From Gammaproteobacteria bacterium (GTDB lineage: Bacteria > Pseudomonadota > Gammaproteobacteria > Ga0077536): DNA of 64,000 bases. Under the pieces are notes generated by a model that was given only the letters and a program-made list of their open reading frames with translations, was not told the origin of the DNA and made no database searches. The stretch covers positions 561 to 64,560 of the forward strand of contig SHZJ01000020.1 in assembly GCA_009692365.1 (NCBI GenBank), written 5' to 3'. The position numbers were made by a program, and so were the translations under genes. The stretch's first letter is position 1; every line of letters begins with the position of its first letter. Below are positions 59,062-64,000 of the stretch, one piece after another.

Positions 59062-60262
59062 AACACAGCCCTTTGAGGTATTCGCTTTCGGGGAAATTCA
59101 GCGCAATGGGGTGATCTGCCCCCGCGTTGAGGTGCATGACCACCCGCGCATCGACCTGCGCATCGAGCGCCGCGCCCGCGACGATTTTTTGAAACAGGTC
59201 CTGGTTCACCCCGCCCGAACAGGAAAAAGTAAACAACAGGCCGCCTGATTTCAACAATTTGAAGGCCAGCAGGTTGATGTCTTTATAACCCCGTGCCGCC
59301 CGCTCGGCGGTGGCGCTGGTGGGCGCGAATTTGGGCGGGTCGAGGATAATCACATCGTAGGCGCGGTCTTGGTCGCGCAGCTTACGCAAATGCTTGAAGA
59401 CATCCGCCTCGATAAATTCTACGCGCTCGGCCGCCAGATCATTTTGGGCGAGATTGCGCTGCGCCAGGGCGAGCGCATCGTGGGAGGAATCAATCGCCGT
59501 GACATGACCTGCCCCCCCGGCCAACGCGCTGGCGGTAAAAGCACCGGTGTAGCAGAAGCAGTCCAGCACGGCGGGCACGTTGGCGCAGGCGCGCACCACC
59601 GCACGGTTGTCGCGTTGGTCGAGATAGAAGCCGGTTTTGTGGCCATTGATCGCATCCACCGTAAAGCGCAGGCCTTGTTCTTCCACCGTGCCGGGCAATA
59701 CCGGCAGCGTGCCGTGCACTAGCGCGGTGTGGCTGGGCAGGCCTTCGAGTTCGAGCACATCGGCGTCGGAGCGCTCGTAGATTTGACTCGCCCCCGTGTG
59801 GGCCAGCAGGGACTCGATGATGGTGCTGCGCCAGCGCGCAGCCCCGGCCGACAGGAGTTGCAACACCAGTAAATCGCCGTAGCGGTCGCACACGCAACCC
59901 GGCAGGCCATCGGCCTCGCCGTGCACTAAACGCAGCGCCGTGAGCCTCGGCAGTAGCCGTTGCCGCAGGGCGACGGCCAGCCCAATTTGGCGGTCGATGA
60001 GTTCAGCGGTGATGGGCGACGCCTCGTCCCACGACCAAATCCGCACCCGGATTTGGGAGATAGGGCTGTAGGTGCCCCAGCCGAGAAAAGTGCCGTCGGT
60101 GGCCGCGACAATCACCGCGCCGCCGGCCTGTGGCTCACCCTCGAGACGCGCGATCGCCCCCGAAAACACCCACGGATGACGCCGCAGCAGCGAGCGCTCG
60201 CGGCCGGATTTCAGAATGATTCGAGGTGCATCGCCCAGTGGCGGGCGCGGAGATTGGTTCAT
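59048..60262 (-). CDS. rlmI: 23S rRNA m5C methyltransferase RlmI-like (PUA + class I SAM MTase)
   Basis: About 404 aa from MNQSPRPPLGDAPRIILKSGRERSLLRRHPWVF at 60262; the track ORF extends to 60619. MTase motifs VLDCFCYTGAF and IILDPPKF. Confidence 0.86.
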   Translation of the reverse strand: MNQSPRPPLGDAPRIILKSGRERSLLRRHPWVFSGAIARLEGEPQAGGAVIVAATDGTFLGWGTYSPISQIRVRIWSWDEASPITAELIDRQIGLAVALRQRLLPRLTALRLVHGEADGLPGCVCDRYGDLLVLQLLSAGAARWRSTIIESLLAHTGASQIYERSDADVLELEGLPSHTALVHGTLPVLPGTVEEQGLRFTVDAINGHKTGFYLDQRDNRAVVRACANVPAVLDCFCYTGAFTASALAGGAGHVTAIDSSHDALALAQRNLAQNDLAAERVEFIEADVFKHLRKLRDQDRAYDVIILDPPKFAPTSATAERAARGYKDINLLAFKLLKSGGLLFTFSCSGGVNQDLFQKIVAGAALDAQVDARVVMHLNAGADHPIALNFPESEYLKGLCCAVA

Positions 60263-60703
60263 GGTGGGCGGCCGATTCAAGTCATGGGTGGGCAGGATAG
60301 ATTCCGCGCCCCCCGGTGACCAGTAGTTTGGACGGCCCGCGGCGCGGGGGGCGGCGGCAAGCCAAGACCCACCGCGCCCAGCCGCGCTCACACCGGCGGC
60401 CGCGCTGGCGGGCACGGCAGTGCAGTCCACGAGTCGGCTTGGGTGGTCTGCGGGTCGCCGCCAAGACGCTGGCGTTGCGGGGGCTCTGGGGCCCAGCGGG
60501 CTGGTGCTGGCCCCGCGCCCCGGTCCAGCAAAGCCGCTCACTGCTGGACCCCGGCCGGGTTGGGGGTGGGAGCCCAGCGCGCCATCGCACCGGCGTCGAA
60601 CATTGCTCGCCGGCGGCAATTTTTAAGCTGCGCGGCAGCGGCAGGCTGGGTATGCTGAGACCGAGGGACGCCATCTGCGGCCCCGCTTGAGGAGGGTAAT
60701 CGC

Positions 60704-61522
60704 ATGCTCAAACGCATCGTATTAGTGCTGCTGCTAGCCGCGGGGACAGGCGCGGCCTACCGCCATTTTGCTTTTGGCGAATGGGGCTGGCAGCCCCTCC
60801 ACGCGAGCGAGTTTTCCCCGGACGGTTGCGAGCTCTACCACGCGATGCTGGGATTGCACCAAAAGCCGCCGACCGATGCCGCCACCGCGGCCCTGGTCGC
60901 GCGCTGCCGACCCCTGGCCGAGACCCACGTTTGGACGCGCTCGCAGACCGGGGACGCGCTGCGCTTCGACCGCCCTTCGATGGTCCGGATGCGGCTGGAC
61001 GTCATCGACATGAACCCGGAATATCACGAGGACTACCCCATTATCATCGTGGAGTTTCCCTACCCGCCCGCACCCTTAGAGGCGGACGGACGGTGGCGCC
61101 CTCGGGGCGGCCCACAGACCACCATGACCGCCGAACAAAGACAAAACCTCAGCCGCTACTGGAACCCCAGTTGGGCCAATTTGTTCGCCGAATGGGCGCT
61201 GGGACGGGGTAATCATGAGTCCTGGTTGGGTGGCGCGACGGTGGGCGATGGGCGCCACTGCGCATCCGTCGAGCAAGACCGCGACCATCCACAAAAACTC
61301 TGCGTCATGTACCTGCATAATTTCAAAGGCGAGCCGGTCGTTGTGCGTTTCCCGCTGGGGCGTGAACTCGAATGGCGGCTGGAGATCCTCGAGCTTTGCC
61401 GCTTCGGCGGCCGCGAAAGACGCTGGCAAAATCCGCTGGCGCAGGCGTGGTTTGGACGGGTGGAATATACCGACACGGGCTGCGCACCCTTTGTCGCCCC
61501 GGCGCCCACACAGGGCTCTTGA
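60704..61522 (+). CDS. hypothetical exported/anchored protein
   Basis: 272 aa with a GGAGGG RBS upstream and a hydrophobic N-terminus MLKRIVLVLLLAAGTGAA. Seven Cys and Trp-rich. I recognise no family. Confidence 0.55.
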   Translation: MLKRIVLVLLLAAGTGAAYRHFAFGEWGWQPLHASEFSPDGCELYHAMLGLHQKPPTDAATAALVARCRPLAETHVWTRSQTGDALRFDRPSMVRMRLDVIDMNPEYHEDYPIIIVEFPYPPAPLEADGRWRPRGGPQTTMTAEQRQNLSRYWNPSWANLFAEWALGRGNHESWLGGATVGDGRHCASVEQDRDHPQKLCVMYLHNFKGEPVVVRFPLGRELEWRLEILELCRFGGRERRWQNPLAQAWFGRVEYTDTGCAPFVAPAPTQGS

Positions 61523-61590
61523 GCCTTGCGGTGAGGGTCGCTCTGCGCGCCGTAAAAAACTTAATAAACCGCAAAATGAGGAGTTAAAGC

Positions 61591-63684
61591 ATGCATCTAG
61601 CCAGCACGATGGCTGTGGTCGCGGCCTTGCTAATCGGCTCGGGGGGGCTGGTCACGGCCGCCACGACGGTCGATGGGACAGCAATCGCGGATGAAAAATC
61701 CGGTGCCAACTGGCTGTCTTACGGGCGCACTTACAGCGAGCAACGCTACAGCCCGCTCAAGCAAATCACGGCCGCCAACATCGGCGGGCTGGGCGTGGCA
61801 TGGTTTATGGACCTGCCGGGGCAAAAATCCTTGTTATCCACCCCCTTGGTGGTCGACGGCATCCTGTATTTCAGCGGCAGCTACAGCGTGGTATTTGCCA
61901 TCGATATCCGCACCGGTAAAAAACTGTGGACCTACGATCCCAAAACCATCGACGCCGCCGGCGATCGCCTGCGCGTGATGTGGGACTCCAATCGCGGCAT
62001 CTCTTACTGGAAAGGCCGCATTTTTGTAGCCACCGCCGATGGCCGGCTCAACGCCATCGATGCCGCCACCGGGGCTGAAATCTGGAGCACGATGACGGTC
62101 GACCCCAAGCTGCCCTATTTCATCAACGGCGCGCCGCGAGTTTTCAACGACAAAGTCGTCATCGGCAATGGGGGCACGGAGTGGGGCCCGTTGCGCGGCT
62201 ATGTGACGGCCTACGACACCGCCACCGGCAAGCAGGTGTGGCGCTTCTATACCGTGCCGGGTAATCCGGCGGATGGCTTTGAAGACGACACCCAAGCGAT
62301 GGCCGCCAAAACCTGGCGCGGCGAATGGTGGAAGCACGGCGGTGGTGGCACGGTATGGAATGGTCTGACCTACGACCCCCAGTTCAATCGCATTTATCTT
62401 GGCACCGGCAACGGCTCGCCGTGGAACCAGCGCATTCGCAGTCCGGGCGGTGGCGATAATTTATTTTTGTGCGCGGTGGTGGCACTGGACGCCGATACGG
62501 GCAAGTACGTCTGGCACTATCAAACCACCCCCGGCGAAACCTGGGACTACAACTCCAACATGGACATGGTGCTAGCCGACCTGACCATCAAGGGCAAACC
62601 GGTAAAAGCGCTGCTGCACGCGCCTAAAAATGGCTTCTTCTACGTCATCGACCGCGCCACCGGCAAACTCGTCTCCGCTGAAAAAATTGGCCGGGTGACC
62701 TGGGCCGAAAGAGTGGACGCAAAAACCGGCCGCCCGGTGGAAGCCAAGGGCGCGCGTTACGAGGACGGCGAGGAACTTATTTACCCCAGCGCCTTTGGGG
62801 TCCACAACTGGCACGCAATGTCCTTTAACCCGGATACGGGATTGGTCTACATCCCCACCATCGATGTGCCGGGGATGTTCAGCGATAAAGGTATCAAGCC
62901 CAAATTGTGGGACTCGCCGAGCTTTCAATTTGATCCCGGCGTGGATCTCATGCGCGACGATTTGCCGCTGAAAATAGATGCCGGCGCGCTGGTTGCCTGG
63001 GACCCGGTGAAACAACAGAAAGTCTGGGAGCAAAAGCTGCCCGGGGTGTGGAACCCCGGCACGCTGACCACCGGTGGTAATTTGGTGTTTGAAGGCCGTA
63101 CCGACGGCAAACTGCTGGCTTACCGCGCCACCGACGGCATTCCTTTGTGGAGTACCGATGTGGGTCTTGGGGTGTCCGCACCGCCGATTACCTTTGAGGT
63201 AGACGGCAAACAATACGTGGCCTTGCTCACCGGCTGGGGTGGTGCGGGGGTGTCCATGGCCGGTGCGATCACCGCGCAACACGGTTGGGCCTACGGCGCG
63301 CAAACCCGCCGGCTCATTGTGTATGCCTTGGACGGCACCACCGCGTTACCCAAAAGCCCGCCGCCGCAATTTGCCCAAGCGCTGGCGCAGGACGACTTTA
63401 AAGTAGATGCCATGCAGGCCGAGCAGGGCAGTTATTTGTTTTTGAAAAACTGCGTGACCTGCCACGGCGGTGGTGCCGTGTCGGGTGGCTACGCGCCCGA
63501 TCTGCGGGCCTCGCAGGCTGCCGTTTACGATGAGGCGTTTAAAGAAATTGTGGTGGGTGGGAGCCGGCGGCAGCAGGGCATGCCCGGCTTTAAAGAACTG
63601 AGCGATGCCGATCTCAAAGCCATGCAGCACTATTTGCGGCGGCAGGCACGCAAAGCAACCACCGCCGCCCAGTTGGGAAAATGA
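61591..63684 (+). CDS. quinohemoprotein PQQ-dependent dehydrogenase (alcohol dehydrogenase family, C-terminal cytochrome c)
   Basis: 697 aa with a signal peptide. PQQ propeller motifs (ANWLSYGRTYSEQRYSPL, GNGGTEWGPLRGYVTAYD, GDNLFLCAVVALDADTGK, WDYNS) and a C-terminal heme c site CVTCHG. Confidence 0.9.
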   Translation: MHLASTMAVVAALLIGSGGLVTAATTVDGTAIADEKSGANWLSYGRTYSEQRYSPLKQITAANIGGLGVAWFMDLPGQKSLLSTPLVVDGILYFSGSYSVVFAIDIRTGKKLWTYDPKTIDAAGDRLRVMWDSNRGISYWKGRIFVATADGRLNAIDAATGAEIWSTMTVDPKLPYFINGAPRVFNDKVVIGNGGTEWGPLRGYVTAYDTATGKQVWRFYTVPGNPADGFEDDTQAMAAKTWRGEWWKHGGGGTVWNGLTYDPQFNRIYLGTGNGSPWNQRIRSPGGGDNLFLCAVVALDADTGKYVWHYQTTPGETWDYNSNMDMVLADLTIKGKPVKALLHAPKNGFFYVIDRATGKLVSAEKIGRVTWAERVDAKTGRPVEAKGARYEDGEELIYPSAFGVHNWHAMSFNPDTGLVYIPTIDVPGMFSDKGIKPKLWDSPSFQFDPGVDLMRDDLPLKIDAGALVAWDPVKQQKVWEQKLPGVWNPGTLTTGGNLVFEGRTDGKLLAYRATDGIPLWSTDVGLGVSAPPITFEVDGKQYVALLTGWGGAGVSMAGAITAQHGWAYGAQTRRLIVYALDGTTALPKSPPPQFAQALAQDDFKVDAMQAEQGSYLFLKNCVTCHGGGAVSGGYAPDLRASQAAVYDEAFKEIVVGGSRRQQGMPGFKELSDADLKAMQHYLRRQARKATTAAQLGK

Positions 63685-63750
63685 GCGCGCGTACCGGCGG
63701 CACGCAGCCCACACCGAGCAACTGCGCGAAGCGCGCGTAACAATAAACGG

Positions 63751-63782
63751 CTGGGCGGCAGGCAAGGCTGCACGCCGCCCAG
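63751..63782. terminator. hairpin between the convergent PQQ dehydrogenase and LEH-like genes
   Basis: CTGGGCGGC...GCCGCCCAG, a 9-bp perfect stem with a 14-nt loop that can pair further (GCA/TGC), 67 nt after the PQQ-ADH stop. Confidence 0.4.
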
Positions 63783-63793
63783 CATGCGCCTGG

Positions 63794-64000
63794 CTAGAGA
63801 TTGATGCCGGTGCCGGTCGAGAACGGCTGCACATCAAAATAATCGTTCCACAGCGTAATGCGGCCGTTTTGCACCCGCAAAGAACCGGCCACGGGCAGCG
63901 AGTAAGGCCTGGCGGTGGGTGGGTCGAAGTGGTCCAACCGCTCGTTCATGACCCATTCGCCCGGCGCCACCTGGCGCACGCTGTCCAAGCGCAGACTCCC
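63794..64000 (-). CDS. NTF2/SnoaL-fold protein, limonene-1,2-epoxide-hydrolase-like (5'-truncated by window edge)
   Basis: The frame is open to the window end. The C-terminal sequence ...VQNGRITLWNDYFDVQPF resembles LEH/SnoaL-like proteins. Confidence 0.45.
   Translation of the reverse strand, partial: GSLRLDSVRQVAPGEWVMNERLDHFDPPTARPYSLPVAGSLRVQNGRITLWNDYFDVQPFSTGTGINL

Overview
High-GC chromosomal window, most likely from a gammaproteobacterium. I base that on gene order, which matches what I recall for Pseudomonas; I ran no search. I found no rRNA, tRNA, CRISPR array, transposase, integrase or prophage gene.

(1) 1-24.2 kb is housekeeping: glutaredoxin-like ORF, lepA-lepB-DUF4845-rnc-era-recO-pdxJ-acpS-prfC, convergent rne, then divergent rluC-S49 peptidase, then maf <> yceD-rpmF-plsX-fabD-fabG-acpP-fabF-pabC-mltG-tmk-holB-pilZ-tatD. 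rpmF is absent from the ORF track and was found by eye. There is no fabH. Oddities: a diverged tandem copy of the prfC 3' end in which rne terminates, and an 18-bp/54-bp coding repeat in the rne tail.

(2) 24.3-46.4 kb is a dense block of about 20 catabolic or 'orphan' enzyme genes plus one MFS transporter, with no recognisable transcription factor or mobility gene. It holds a VOC-GFA-PrpD-like-dehydrogenase operon and a 758-aa acyltransferase/alpha-beta-hydrolase fusion. A seven-gene minus-strand run encodes an SCP2-like protein, a hydrolase, an acyl-CoA dehydrogenase, an ALDH, a family III CoA-transferase, a signal-peptide cyclase-family protein and a MaoC double hotdog. The first two genes of that run are mirrored by a paralogous SCP2-like/hydrolase pair on the other strand. 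Also present are muconolactone-isomerase-like, LLM monooxygenase, SDR, a second ALDH, and an enolase-superfamily gene next to the MFS transporter.

(3) 46.3-64 kb is mixed. It starts with a translationally coupled pair: an exported VWA protein and a membrane-anchored protein with a 57-codon tract that is almost entirely proline. Then come corA, a fused SbmA-like ABC transporter and a GST. A second coupled pair follows (polytopic DUF2868-like protein and membrane GTPase of the DUF3482 type), then an amidase, opgD, rlmI, a Cys-containing exported hypothetical, a quinohemoprotein PQQ dehydrogenase lacking the vicinal Cys pair, and a truncated NTF2/LEH-like ORF.

The best candidates for an under-described system are the two coupled membrane pairs (46349-48954 and 53050-55871) and the mirrored SCP2-like/hydrolase modules (36505-39375). 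All functional calls rest on motifs and family resemblance read by eye.
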